Shown in pieces: positions 8,428 to 17,671 of a stretch of DNA of 32,000 nt. The stretch is from NCBI RefSeq assembly GCF_001545095.1, contig NZ_CP013213.1, positions 600,001 through 632,000 of the forward strand, in the 5' to 3' direction. Below the pieces are notes generated by a model that ran no database searches, was not told the origin of the DNA, and saw nothing but the letters and a program-made list of their open reading frames with translations. The first letter of the stretch is position 1, and each line of letters begins with the position of its first letter. Source of the stretch: Erysipelothrix larvae. GTDB taxonomy: Bacteria; Bacillota_I; Bacilli_A; Erysipelotrichales; Erysipelotrichaceae. The position numbers and the translations under genes were made by a program.

Positions 8428-8441
8428 GTGTTTATAAACAC
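8428..8441. promoter_or_regulatory. Perfect 14-bp palindrome GTGTTTATAAACAC between the -10 box and the RBS of the ROK gene (candidate operator)
   Basis: Self-complementary over all 14 nt. It lies immediately after TATAAT (8422-8427) and before GGAGG (8446-8450). Confidence 0.35.
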
Positions 8442-8454
8442 AAATGGAGGAACT

Positions 8455-9357
8455 ATGTCACAGAAGATTGTTGGGATTGATATTGGTGGGACACAGATAA
8501 AGTATGGATGCTTGGATGAAACAGGAACCATCTTTAGTAAAGGCGTAATCGACACACCTAAAAAAGGTGAAGAGATTCTGGATGCCCTTGTTACAATCTT
8601 TGAGGGGTATAATCAAGATCATGATGTTAAAGCAGTTGGGATTAGTGCACCTGGTATTATAAATAATGAAGGATATCTCATTACAGGCGGTGCAATTTAT
8701 GACTTCTATGATTTTGATTTACGCGCTGAAATGATGCGTCGTGTTGGCGTTGAGGTGTTTGTAGAAAACGACGCTAATTGTGCCCTTTATGCGGAAAAAT
8801 GGATTGGGATTGCTAAGAAGTGTTCAAACTTTATTCTAGTTGTGATTGGAACCGGTGTGGGTGGTGCAATTATGATCCATGATAAGTTGTATCGCGGGGC
8901 TCATTTTAGTTCGGGTGAATTTGGGTTTATGTTTGCAAAAAACCCAAAAGATACAGATGCGCGACGTTCATCATGGAGTTTAGTAGGGTCTGTTCAATCA
9001 GGAATTGTAGATGCTTACAAAACCCTTAAAAATGATGGTGAAGTTGTGTCAGGACTTGAGGTGTACAACCGCGCTTTACAAGGTGATTCCATTGCAAAAC
9101 AGGTAATGGATGATTTGTACACAACCTGCGCGCAACAAATATATAACCTTATCGTATCCTTTGATCCAGAACTGGTTGTGATTAGTGGTGCAATTAGTGG
9201 GAATAAAGAGTTTATTCAAAAGGTCAATCAAAAGGTAAACGATATGAAAAATACACATCAAGACATGGGGAATATTGTATTCCCTGAGATAGTTGCTAGT
9301 CAGTATCTCAATGACTCAGGCATTATTGGTGCTGCATATAATGCAATCAAGCAATAG
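8455..9357 (+). CDS. ROK-family sugar kinase-like protein
   Basis: IVGIDIGGTQIKYG, ENDANCALYAE and VIGTGVGGAI. Start moved to the ATG at 8455, which has a GGAGG RBS; the track start at 8428 is a GTG inside the palindrome. Confidence 0.8.
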   Translation: MSQKIVGIDIGGTQIKYGCLDETGTIFSKGVIDTPKKGEEILDALVTIFEGYNQDHDVKAVGISAPGIINNEGYLITGGAIYDFYDFDLRAEMMRRVGVEVFVENDANCALYAEKWIGIAKKCSNFILVVIGTGVGGAIMIHDKLYRGAHFSSGEFGFMFAKNPKDTDARRSSWSLVGSVQSGIVDAYKTLKNDGEVVSGLEVYNRALQGDSIAKQVMDDLYTTCAQQIYNLIVSFDPELVVISGAISGNKEFIQKVNQKVNDMKNTHQDMGNIVFPEIVASQYLNDSGIIGAAYNAIKQ

Positions 9358-9362
9358 GTTAC

Positions 9363-9398
9363 AAACACAATCCAAAAGGGTTGTGTTTATTATTTTTT
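9363..9398 (+). terminator. Rho-independent terminator
   Basis: aaacacaa...ttgtgttt hairpin followed by a T-rich tract. Confidence 0.6.
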
Positions 9399-9507
9399 GT
9401 TGGTTTTTTCACAAAACATTCACATAACTTTCGTGTCACGACCATATTCAAAGCCAGTCCTCATGATAGAATGACTATAGATTGAGCAAGAAACATGAGG
9501 TGTTAAA

Positions 9508-10419
9508 ATGAATCAATCAACTGAGGAGAAAATATTAAAATCTTCGATGTTTGTGTTATTAATCTTTGCAGTATCCGGTGTAGTATTTGGAAATCTCTTA
9601 AACTCTGAGGTCATCTTGTTTGAGGGGATTTACAGTACCCTAAGCATTGTGACCAGTTATCTTACCTTAAGAGTGACGCGATATATTCGCAAAAAAGATG
9701 ACGATAACTTCCCTTTTGGAAAAGAGGGAATTATACCACTTGTTGTTTTATTGCAATTTTTAATTCTAAATGCGATGCTCATATATATGTTTGTTGATGC
9801 AATATTGATCATACTAAGTGGTGGTTCTGTCACAAATCTTGGATCAGTCATTGTGTATCTCTTATTCACAACAACACTGGTTAGTATCTATTGTAAACGT
9901 CTAAAAAAAGCTTCAAAGACCAGTCAATCTCCAATCATTTTATCTGAAGTTAAACAGTGGCACGTCACACAGAAACAAGGATATTTTGTTTTGGGAGGCT
10001 ATATTTTAGGCTTTGTCTTATCGCAGACATCAACCCAAGGAATTACCCCCTATATTGATCCAATTATCTTAATAATCTTTACCATCTTAACGATTTCTCA
10101 AACGTTTAATGAAATGATTAAAGCGTTTAAAGAATTGATTGGTATGTCTACGATTGGCGATAAAACGTATGAAGTCATGGAAGATAAAATCGATAAGATA
10201 TCGGATGAATTTAGAATCAAAGATTACTATTTACGAGTAAAGCATTTGGGTGGAATGTTGGTTATGGAGATTGATTTTCTTGTAGATCATCAATTTGAAT
10301 GTGAAACAGTGAAGGATCAAGACCGTATTCGAGATGAAGTGTATCGCACGATCCATAAAAATAACTTAAATCTATGGTTAAGCATTTCTTTTACAACAGA
10401 CCCCCGATGGATCGAATAA
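9508..10419 (+). CDS. Cation-diffusion-facilitator (CDF)-like membrane protein
   Basis: 303 aa with 5-6 TM segments. DDNFPFGKEGIIPL resembles the CDF D-x-x-h-P-f-G-h-x-r-x-E loop. The C-terminal alpha/beta domain is CDF-cytoplasmic-like. RBS GAGGTG. Confidence 0.6.
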   Translation: MNQSTEEKILKSSMFVLLIFAVSGVVFGNLLNSEVILFEGIYSTLSIVTSYLTLRVTRYIRKKDDDNFPFGKEGIIPLVVLLQFLILNAMLIYMFVDAILIILSGGSVTNLGSVIVYLLFTTTLVSIYCKRLKKASKTSQSPIILSEVKQWHVTQKQGYFVLGGYILGFVLSQTSTQGITPYIDPIILIIFTILTISQTFNEMIKAFKELIGMSTIGDKTYEVMEDKIDKISDEFRIKDYYLRVKHLGGMLVMEIDFLVDHQFECETVKDQDRIRDEVYRTIHKNNLNLWLSISFTTDPRWIE

Positions 10420-10420
10420 C

Positions 10421-10447
10421 CCAGGTTTAAACGCCTGGTTTTTTTTG
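10421..10447 (+). terminator. Rho-independent terminator
   Basis: ccagg-tttaaacg-cctgg hairpin followed by TTTTTTTT. Confidence 0.7.
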
Positions 10448-10674
10448 TAAACACACTTCATATCCTGATGTATAGATTGTATTGGGATAAAGTGAACCCC
10501 CAGTTTTAACGCAACCATGAAGTCCTTTTTATCTTAGAGAACATGACAAAAGGTGTACTAGCGTTTTTCGCAGTGTATATTACGCATGTTATGGTGTTTT
10601 TTATTCACTGTTTTCGTTAGAAAACTAGCACTTCAATTGATAATGCTTTATAGTTTAGATAGAGGTGGTGAATT

Positions 10675-12243
10675 ATGGATTGGAAAGACGATTTTACATT
10701 TGATGTATTACAAAGAGGACATGAACTTCATTTAGAGGAACGTGTTGATTTTGAAATTGATGAAGATATGATATGGGGTGTTGTTCACGATACAGCCGAT
10801 TACAATGTTAACATTGAAGTTGATGACCAAGGGGTTCAATCAATGGCTTGTGATTGTCCTGATTCACAAAAACTGCGCTGTCAGCACATGGCTGCGCTCA
10901 TGTTTGCCTTCGAAGAAGAATCAAAGGATTTTTTTGAAAATATGCGAGATTTATTTGATGAGAGTGCACTTGAAATCGAAGATGTATTGGATACGCTTGA
11001 TAAAGATTCACTCATTGAATGCTTATCGTTTATTTATCAACGCAGTGAAGAAGCCAAAGTATTAGCAAATTTATTCGTGCATAATTATTTTGAAGAATTT
11101 TTTGATGCGTTTGATGAAGATGAATATGATGATGATGAACTAGAGATGGACGAAATTGACTTAACGGACTGCGAGATCTCAGAGATTTGCTTAACACTGG
11201 ATATGTATTTCGATGTTATGGTAATGGAAGATTATGATGAGGATGATCCAGAAAATGAAGGGATTTATCTTTTCTTAACCTCACTTGAAGCGGTGTATAT
11301 TAACAGTGGTGACGATGAAAAACGTGCGATTTTCACATGGATGACTGAAAACTACGATGCATTTGAAACAATCGATGAGGCAGACCTTTATTTTTCATGT
11401 TTTGAGAATCTCTTTGTGGATGATTTTCTAAATCAAACAAAGTTTACGTATTTATATGATTTAGTGCTCAGGGATATCTTACCCTTTGAAGAAAATAATG
11501 GATCAGAAAGTGCCATGAGTGCTTTGTTTGCTGTCGCAAAGGTACTAGACCGTGAGAATGTAATTGAAGAAATATATGCCAAAAATAAACACCATCGGTA
11601 TGTGTTTGCACAGTATATCCAACATTTACTAAAAACAAACAAAAATAATGAAGCGCTTCAAGCGTTAGAAGAAGATTGTTCCTTTTTAAGACGTTTAAGT
11701 CGTCGGGACTATGAAACCTGTGGTGTGATTACAGGACTTGCGTATGAAATTGGCGATCTAGATGCCTTTCGATATTACTTTGAACATTTAATTCATCATG
11801 ATGATTGGGTTGATTCACAATTATTTATTGAATATAAAAACTCATTTAATCCGGCACAATGGCCTCAAGCCTTTAGGGAGATTTCTGATGTCATGAAGAT
11901 GCAACAAGACTATGCTGATATCTTAATTGATTTACAGGAATACAATGCGCTTTTAGAACATATTATTGATCAGGGTGATGTTTCACTGTTATTACTTCAT
12001 GAAGATATTCTAAGTGCTGCACATCCACAACGTGTCATTGATTGTTATCTTAGAATTGCGGATGCTTATGCGACACAAACAGGACGATCGGCGTATCAAA
12101 AAGCGACGGAAATCCTAGGGGAATCTTTGAAGCATCCAAATGCAAAAACCCACGTGGTAGGATTACTTGAGACATGGAAAACAAAGTATTCAAATCGAAA
12201 AGCAATGCTTGAGATCATTGAAACTTTCGAACAAAACTTATAA
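10675..12243 (+). CDS. SWIM zinc-finger domain protein with a highly acidic central region
   Basis: 522 aa. CDCPDSQKLRCQHMAALMF matches CxCx(n)CxH. A long D/E-rich stretch follows (DAFDEDEYDDDELEMDEID...EDYDEDDPENE). RBS AGAGGTGG. Confidence 0.75.
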   Translation: MDWKDDFTFDVLQRGHELHLEERVDFEIDEDMIWGVVHDTADYNVNIEVDDQGVQSMACDCPDSQKLRCQHMAALMFAFEEESKDFFENMRDLFDESALEIEDVLDTLDKDSLIECLSFIYQRSEEAKVLANLFVHNYFEEFFDAFDEDEYDDDELEMDEIDLTDCEISEICLTLDMYFDVMVMEDYDEDDPENEGIYLFLTSLEAVYINSGDDEKRAIFTWMTENYDAFETIDEADLYFSCFENLFVDDFLNQTKFTYLYDLVLRDILPFEENNGSESAMSALFAVAKVLDRENVIEEIYAKNKHHRYVFAQYIQHLLKTNKNNEALQALEEDCSFLRRLSRRDYETCGVITGLAYEIGDLDAFRYYFEHLIHHDDWVDSQLFIEYKNSFNPAQWPQAFREISDVMKMQQDYADILIDLQEYNALLEHIIDQGDVSLLLLHEDILSAAHPQRVIDCYLRIADAYATQTGRSAYQKATEILGESLKHPNAKTHVVGLLETWKTKYSNRKAMLEIIETFEQNL

Positions 12244-12252
12244 GCCTAAAAG

Positions 12253-12280
12253 AAACGTTGATAGAATCAGCGTTTTTTTT
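12253..12280 (+). terminator. Rho-independent terminator of the SWIM gene
   Basis: aaacgttga-tagaa-tcagcgttt hairpin followed by TTTTTTTT. Confidence 0.7.
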
Positions 12281-12282
12281 CA

Positions 12283-12310
12283 AACAAAAAGAATCACACA
12301 GGTGATTCTT
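12283..12310 (-). terminator. Rho-independent terminator of the Cof hydrolase gene
   Basis: On the minus strand, an aagaatcac-ctgt-gtgattctt hairpin followed by a T-run. Confidence 0.65.
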
Positions 12311-12322
12311 GGTTCTTTAGGA

Positions 12323-13120
12323 TTAGATTAGATTTAAATGCTTCAGTGCATTGTAGATGCCATGATCATCGATATCGGTTGTGACATAATCCGCAATTTC
12401 TTTCAGGGTATCGGTTGCATTTCCCATCGCAACACCAATGGCAGCATGACGCAACATGTCTTGATCATTTTCTGCATCACCAAATGCAATCACTTCATCC
12501 CATGTTAATGAGAGCTTACCTAGCACAGTTTCAATGCCTTTGATCTTACCAGCATTCACAGAATAAATATCATAAGCATCTCTGTAGGCTTTCGCAAACT
12601 TCAGTTCAGGATACACAGGACGCAGTGTTTCAATGAAGGTTTCATCCCCCATTAAAAACAGTCCCATCGGTATTTCATCCCCTAATTCAGCGTCTTGATA
12701 ATCCAACAGAATGTGTTCTTTTGGACTGCCTTTTAAATAAGACGTTAAAAATGTTTCAAGACCATGATAGACATGCATTTCATCCAACATTTTTCCAGCA
12801 ACCCCAATGTTATGTTGACGGCAGATTTGAATGATGGCCTCAACATCTTGGCGTGTTGGTGTTATGTACACAATATGGTCACGTTCCTTATTAAAGACAC
12901 AGGAACCATTAATGGTAACCACATAGTCTGGCTTAACACGTTGGAACACATCATCTTGAATAAAATAGTAAGCACGTCCCGTTGCAATCATTACTTGAAC
13001 ACCTTTCTCTTCAAGAGTTTTAATTGCTTGGTAGGCACTGGGTTTGATTAATATCTCTCCGCGTTCAATGAGTGTATCATCGATGTCGAAGATCGCAAGC
13101 TTTATATTTTTAATATCCAT
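12323..13120 (-). CDS. Cof-type HAD-IIB phosphatase
   Basis: 265 aa. Motif I is FDIDDTL and motif IV is GDAENDQDML, with a cap-insert architecture. Confidence 0.85.
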   Translation of the reverse strand: MDIKNIKLAIFDIDDTLIERGEILIKPSAYQAIKTLEEKGVQVMIATGRAYYFIQDDVFQRVKPDYVVTINGSCVFNKERDHIVYITPTRQDVEAIIQICRQHNIGVAGKMLDEMHVYHGLETFLTSYLKGSPKEHILLDYQDAELGDEIPMGLFLMGDETFIETLRPVYPELKFAKAYRDAYDIYSVNAGKIKGIETVLGKLSLTWDEVIAFGDAENDQDMLRHAAIGVAMGNATDTLKEIADYVTTDIDDHGIYNALKHLNLI

Positions 13121-13258
13121 GAGTAGATAATACCATAAATGTTCGTATTTTTAAATACGAAGAAAAGAATACTGGCCCATATTTAAGAAGTTAACATTCA
13201 AGAAATTCACCCCCATTTTCTCAATCAATAATGATATAATAAGCTTCGAGGGATTCGT

Positions 13259-13792
13259 ATGAAACAAAAACAAATAAAACTTACTAAACGAAAAATCAAT
13301 AAAATAAAGAAAACGATCACATCAATTCTTGCGCTTATCGCAACAGTGTATGTGTTATACCAACAACTCAATCCACAAGAAACAGCACAACCCGCACAGC
13401 ATCAAACATCAACCGTTCGATGTGTGGATGGGGATACATTTTGGTATGGGGATGAAAAGATTCGATTACTGGCGATTGATACACCCGAGTCAACCAACCA
13501 AATTGAGGTCTTTGGAAAAGAAGCCAGTGAAAGAACCTGTGATTTATTAAATGGTGGAAGTAATCTTGAATTTTATTATGATGAAGGCAATGAAATCGAC
13601 AAATATGATCGCCATCTTTATTGGGTATACATTGATGGTGTGTTCTTACAAGAACTCCTTGTATCTGAAGGCTTAGCAGAGGTTAAATATGTTGATAAAT
13701 CAACTGTCGATCAATCGCGCCTAAAACAACTTGAGAATGCTCAAACACATGCGAAGGAAAAAGCTCAAGGGATTTGGTCTTTGGATTCATAA
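13259..13792 (+). CDS. Membrane-anchored thermonuclease (SNase family)
   Basis: 177 aa with an N-terminal TM anchor. VDGDTFWYGDEKIRLLAIDTPES and DKYDRHLYWVY match the staphylococcal-nuclease fold. Confidence 0.85.
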   Translation: MKQKQIKLTKRKINKIKKTITSILALIATVYVLYQQLNPQETAQPAQHQTSTVRCVDGDTFWYGDEKIRLLAIDTPESTNQIEVFGKEASERTCDLLNGGSNLEFYYDEGNEIDKYDRHLYWVYIDGVFLQELLVSEGLAEVKYVDKSTVDQSRLKQLENAQTHAKEKAQGIWSLDS

Positions 13793-13826
13793 TTCATTAT
13801 AAAAACTTTATATATAGAAAGAAAAG

Positions 13827-13850
13827 TCGTAGCGAACCTACGATTTTTTT
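13827..13850 (+). terminator. Rho-independent terminator
   Basis: tcgtag-cgaac-ctacga hairpin followed by TTTTTTT. Confidence 0.75.
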
Positions 13851-13942
13851 GTGAAGTGTCGCACAGTGATTGAGTTCTTGGTGGTGGAATCCCCAAAGAA
13901 TTGAACATATTTACAGTTTAAATGGAAATCATCCGAAACTTG

Positions 13943-13972
13943 TTGATTTTATAGGGGGGAATAGAGTATAAT
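13943..13972 (+). promoter_or_regulatory. SigA-type promoter of guaBA
   Basis: TTGATT, 18 bp, TATAAT, about 28 nt upstream of the guaB ATG. The leader is short. Confidence 0.55.
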
Positions 13973-13999
13973 GCTAACTAATATTAAGGAGGAAATGGA

Positions 14000-15130
14000 A
14001 TGAATGGTAAGGTAATCAAAGAAGCGTATACATTTGATGATTTGTTGCTAGTACCTGCGAAATCAAGCGTGGTACCAGCAAATGTGTGTCTAAAAACACG
14101 CCTGTCTAAAAAACTCTCATTAAATGTACCCCTACTTTCTGCAGCTATGGACACTGTTACAGAAGTAGATATGGCAAGTACCATGGCAAAACTTGGTGGA
14201 ATGGGTATTGTTCATAAGAATATGACGGTACAAGCACAAGCAGAAATGGTAAAGGCTGTTAAGGACAGCGTGATTGAAGATGAGTTTACAATTGCGAATG
14301 TTGACGAAGCGGGCAAACTTCGTGTCGGTGCAGCAGTGGGTGTTGGTGAAACAACTTTAGAGCGTGTAAGTGCACTTGTTGAAGCAGGCGTTGATATTGT
14401 TGCAGTAGACAGCGCACACGGTCACTCTGACGGTGTATTAGAAACCGTGAAGAAAATTCGTTCACAATATCCTGATCTTGACATTATTGGAGGTAATGTC
14501 GTGACAGCACAAGCAGCGACTGATCTTATCTATGCAGGAGCAACCGTCATTAAAGTGGGTGTTGGTCCTGGATCAATTTGTACAACACGTGTAGTTGCTG
14601 GTGTTGGGGTTCCTCAACTTACAGCTGTTATGGATGTATATGAAGTTGCACGTCAATATGGTGTGGGTGTTATTGCTGATGGTGGTATAAAGCTATCGGG
14701 TGATATTTCTAAAGCACTTGCAGCAGGCGCGGATTGTGTCATGCTGGGAGGACTGCTTGCAGGATGTGAAGAATCACCAGGAATTGTACTTGAAGTATTT
14801 GGAAAAAAGGTTAAGAACTACGTAGGAATGGGATCACTGAGCGCGATGCAACGCGGATCAAGTGATCGTTATTTCCAAGGTGGTGTTGCGGAATTATCAA
14901 AACTGGTACCAGAAGGTATTGAAGCAACCGTTCCTTATAAAGGCAGCATTCGTGATGTAATCTATCAAATGCTTGGAGGTGTGCGTTCAGGTATGGGATA
15001 TTGTGGATGTGCAACGATTGAAGCAATGAAAACAAATGCGCAATTTGTGAAGATTACCGGTGCAGGGTTACGTGAAAGTCATCCTCATGATGTCGAAAAT
15101 GTAAAGGAGTCACCAAACTACAATGGGTAA
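14000..15130 (+). CDS. guaB: IMP dehydrogenase lacking the CBS/Bateman subdomain
   Basis: Catalytic loop [11 protein letters not shown], flap SSDRYFQ...VPEGIE, C-terminus [15 protein letters not shown]. It is only 376 aa; where the CBS pair normally sits there is a linker of about 17 aa ([17 protein letters not shown]). Confidence 0.9.
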   Translation: MNGKVIKEAYTFDDLLLVPAKSSVVPANVCLKTRLSKKLSLNVPLLSAAMDTVTEVDMASTMAKLGGMGIVHKNMTVQAQAEMVKAVKDSVIEDEFTIANVDEAGKLRVGAAVGVGETTLERVSALVEAGVDIVAVDSAHGHSDGVLETVKKIRSQYPDLDIIGGNVVTAQAATDLIYAGATVIKVGVGPGSICTTRVVAGVGVPQLTAVMDVYEVARQYGVGVIADGGIKLSGDISKALAAGADCVMLGGLLAGCEESPGIVLEVFGKKVKNYVGMGSLSAMQRGSSDRYFQGGVAELSKLVPEGIEATVPYKGSIRDVIYQMLGGVRSGMGYCGCATIEAMKTNAQFVKITGAGLRESHPHDVENVKESPNYNG

Positions 15131-16655
15131 TAAAATATTAGTCTTAGATTTTGGTTCGCAATACAACCAGTTAATCGTCCGTCGTATTCGTGATTTAGGG
15201 GTATATAGTGAACTACTTGATCATGAAATTACAGCAGAAACAATAAAAAATGATAAAGATGTTGCAGGGATTGTCTTATCAGGTGGCCCAAATTCAGTCT
15301 ATGAAGAAGGTGCATTTACACTTGATCCTGAAATCTTCAATTTAGATATTCCGGTATTAGGGATTTGTTATGGAATGCAACTGATGTCACATTTACAAGG
15401 TGGTAAGGTTGAAGGTCATGATAAAAAAGAATACGGGCTCGCTCCTGTAGAAGTGAATAAGGTGAGTTTACTGACTGATGGTATTCCTGAGTGCTTTAAT
15501 GCATGGATGAGCCATGGTGACCAAGTAAAGGCTGCTCCAGAAGGTTTTGAAGTAACTGCACGCAGTGAAAACACTGAGATCACAATGATGGCAAATGAAT
15601 CAAAGAAACAATACGGGATTCAGTTCCATCCTGAAGTAAGAAATAGTGAATTTGGTCTGGATATTATCTCAAACTTTGTATTCAATATTTGCCATGCTGA
15701 AAAAGGGTGGTCAATGGAACACTTTGTCCAAGAACAAACAGATAAAATCCGTGAACAAGTAAAAGATGAACATGTAATCTGTGCTTTATCTGGTGGTGTT
15801 GATAGTGCCGTTGTAGCAGCCCTTCTTCATCACGCAATTGGCGATCAATTGACCTGTGTGTTTGTTGATCACGGTCTGTTGCGTAAAGGTGAGGCTGACT
15901 CTGTCGTGGAAGTATTTAGAGACGCATTCCATATGAATCTGATTAAGGTCGATGCGCAACGTCGTTTCTTGGATAAACTTGCAGGTGTTGATGATCCAGA
16001 ACAAAAACGTAAGATTATTGGAAATGAGTTCATCTATGTATTTGAGGATGAAACAAAGAAACTAAAAGATGCGAAATGGCTTGCGCAAGGTACTTTGTAT
16101 ACAGATGTTATTGAGTCAGGAACAAAGACTGCACAAACAATTAAGTCACATCACAATGTAGGTGGACTTCCAGAAGATATGGAATTCAAACTCATTGAAC
16201 CGCTTAACACACTCTTTAAAGACGAAGTACGTCAGCTCGGACTTGTATTAGGTCTTCCTGAGAACATCGTACACCGTCAACCATTCCCTGGTCCAGGTAT
16301 CGCAATTCGTATTCTTGGTGCAGTGGATGAGGAGAAAATTAAGATTGTTCAAGACAGTGATTATATCTTAAGAGAAGAAATCGCAAACGCAGGACTTGAT
16401 CGTGACATTTGGCAATACTTTACTGTATTAACGAACTTGCGTTCAGTTGGTGTCATGGGTGATCAAAGAACTTATGATTACACACTGGCATTACGCGCAG
16501 TAACTTCGATCGATGGAATGAGTGCTGATTGGGCTCGTATTCCTTATGATGTATTACAAAAGATCTCTGTTCGTATCGTAAATGAGGTTAAGGGTGTTAA
16601 TCGTATTGTGTATGATATTACATCTAAACCACCTGCAACGATTGAGTGGGAATAA
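15123..16655 (+). CDS. guaA: GMP synthase (glutamine-hydrolysing)
   Basis: GATase domain ([11 protein letters not shown]), ATP-pyrophosphatase P-loop SGGVDS, C-terminus PPATIEWE. Its start overlaps the guaB stop by 8 nt. Confidence 0.97.
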   Translation: MGNKILVLDFGSQYNQLIVRRIRDLGVYSELLDHEITAETIKNDKDVAGIVLSGGPNSVYEEGAFTLDPEIFNLDIPVLGICYGMQLMSHLQGGKVEGHDKKEYGLAPVEVNKVSLLTDGIPECFNAWMSHGDQVKAAPEGFEVTARSENTEITMMANESKKQYGIQFHPEVRNSEFGLDIISNFVFNICHAEKGWSMEHFVQEQTDKIREQVKDEHVICALSGGVDSAVVAALLHHAIGDQLTCVFVDHGLLRKGEADSVVEVFRDAFHMNLIKVDAQRRFLDKLAGVDDPEQKRKIIGNEFIYVFEDETKKLKDAKWLAQGTLYTDVIESGTKTAQTIKSHHNVGGLPEDMEFKLIEPLNTLFKDEVRQLGLVLGLPENIVHRQPFPGPGIAIRILGAVDEEKIKIVQDSDYILREEIANAGLDRDIWQYFTVLTNLRSVGVMGDQRTYDYTLALRAVTSIDGMSADWARIPYDVLQKISVRIVNEVKGVNRIVYDITSKPPATIEWE

Positions 16656-16661
16656 TAACTA

Positions 16662-16710
16662 AAAGTGCGAAATATCCACTATTTAAAGGGTATTTCGCAC
16701 TTTTAATTTG
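16662..16710 (+). terminator. Rho-independent terminator of guaBA
   Basis: aaagtgcgaaata...tatttcgcacttt 13-bp stem followed by TTTTAATTT. Confidence 0.75.
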
Positions 16711-16740
16711 GGTTCTCAATTGAAAACTGGTCCACTATTT

Positions 16741-16911
16741 TTATAACTTCAGAAGTGTGTTTAACAAATACAAAAAAAGGATTTCCCAACTCAGTGCTTC
16801 ATCATAAGTTTTGAAACCTCGTTTTGTTTTCCCTTTTCGTTCACCAAGATAGTTTTTATAACGAAAGTTGCAGAAATATGTTTGGTTTACTTCATTTAAA
16901 TATACTGTCAT
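16741..16911 (-). pseudogene. Truncated tyrosine-integrase gene: N-terminal arm-type DNA-binding domain only (56 codons)
   Basis: Minus-strand reading MTVYLNEVNQTYFCNFRYKNYLGERKGKTKRGFKTYDEALSWE. This matches the G-x-R-K-x-K-T-K-R-G-F-K-T-x-x-E-A-x-x-W-E pattern of phage/ICE integrase arm domains. It then decays after a T7 run. No catalytic domain follows. Confidence 0.55.
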
Positions 16912-17022
16912 AATTAATCCTCTACGTGTTGATAATAAAGCAACTTTATAAGTATATATTAATTATTTAAAGCTGAAGTTCCATTTTAAAGTAAGATATT
17001 CAGTATTATTAATATCATTATC

Positions 17023-17068
17023 TGTACTAACGTGCGTTAAAAGTATATAATTAAAGCACATTAGTACA
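17023..17068. promoter_or_regulatory. 13-bp inverted repeat bracketing the abiE -10 box (candidate AbiEi operator)
   Basis: TGTACTAACGTGC, 20 bp, GCACATTAGTACA (12/13 complementary). TATAAT at 17046-17051 lies between the arms. The right arm ends 3 nt before the RBS. Confidence 0.5.
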
Positions 17069-17083
17069 GGAGTGAGGGATAAA

Positions 17084-17671
17084 ATGATAGATAAACTTAA
17101 ATGGATATCAAAAAATAATAATGGTTTGATTTATACTAAAGATGTAACTCAATACAATATTAGAAAAGAAGTTTTAAGTGATCTTGTAAAGTCAGGTGAT
17201 CTTGTTAGATTAAAAAGAGGGGTATATTGTTTCAAAGATGAAATCATCGATGAATATTATTTATTTCAATTAAAAGCACCACAACTTATCTATTCATTAG
17301 GAACAGCTTTGTTTTTTCACGGTTATTCCAATCGAGTTCCAAATGTGCTCTCAATTACAGTAAAGCAAGGTTACAATGTGCATAGAATTGACACGCAAAA
17401 AATAAATGTTAGATATAGTAGTGATGAACTATTTGAACTTGGCCTTACAGCAATTAAATCACCTCAAGGCATGGAAGTTCGCTGTTATGATTTAGAAAGA
17501 ACAATTTGTGATATTGTCAAAGAACGTAATAAAATGGATCCGCAAATATTTTCAGATGCAATAAACCAATATTTTAGTAATAAAAAAATCAATTCTAGAC
17601 TATTGATGAAGTACGCAAAGGCTATGAAAATTGAGGGTGAAATTATGAAATACATTGAGGTATTACGATGA
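17084..17671 (+). CDS. abiEi: AbiEi-family antitoxin/transcriptional regulator (type IV TA)
   Basis: N-terminal wHTH pattern ...GLIYTKDV...LSDLVKSGDLVRLKRGVYCF is typical of AbiEi_4. The ATGA overlap with the downstream NTase gene fits a TA pair. Start set at the ATG at 17084, which has a GAGGG RBS. Confidence 0.8.
   Translation: MIDKLKWISKNNNGLIYTKDVTQYNIRKEVLSDLVKSGDLVRLKRGVYCFKDEIIDEYYLFQLKAPQLIYSLGTALFFHGYSNRVPNVLSITVKQGYNVHRIDTQKINVRYSSDELFELGLTAIKSPQGMEVRCYDLERTICDIVKERNKMDPQIFSDAINQYFSNKKINSRLLMKYAKAMKIEGEIMKYIEVLR

Noticed and set aside
13851-13999. Possible purine/guanine riboswitch upstream of guaB
   Set aside because: The promoter (-10 at 13967-13972) leaves a leader of only about 25 nt. 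No purine-riboswitch three-way-junction core sequence is visible.
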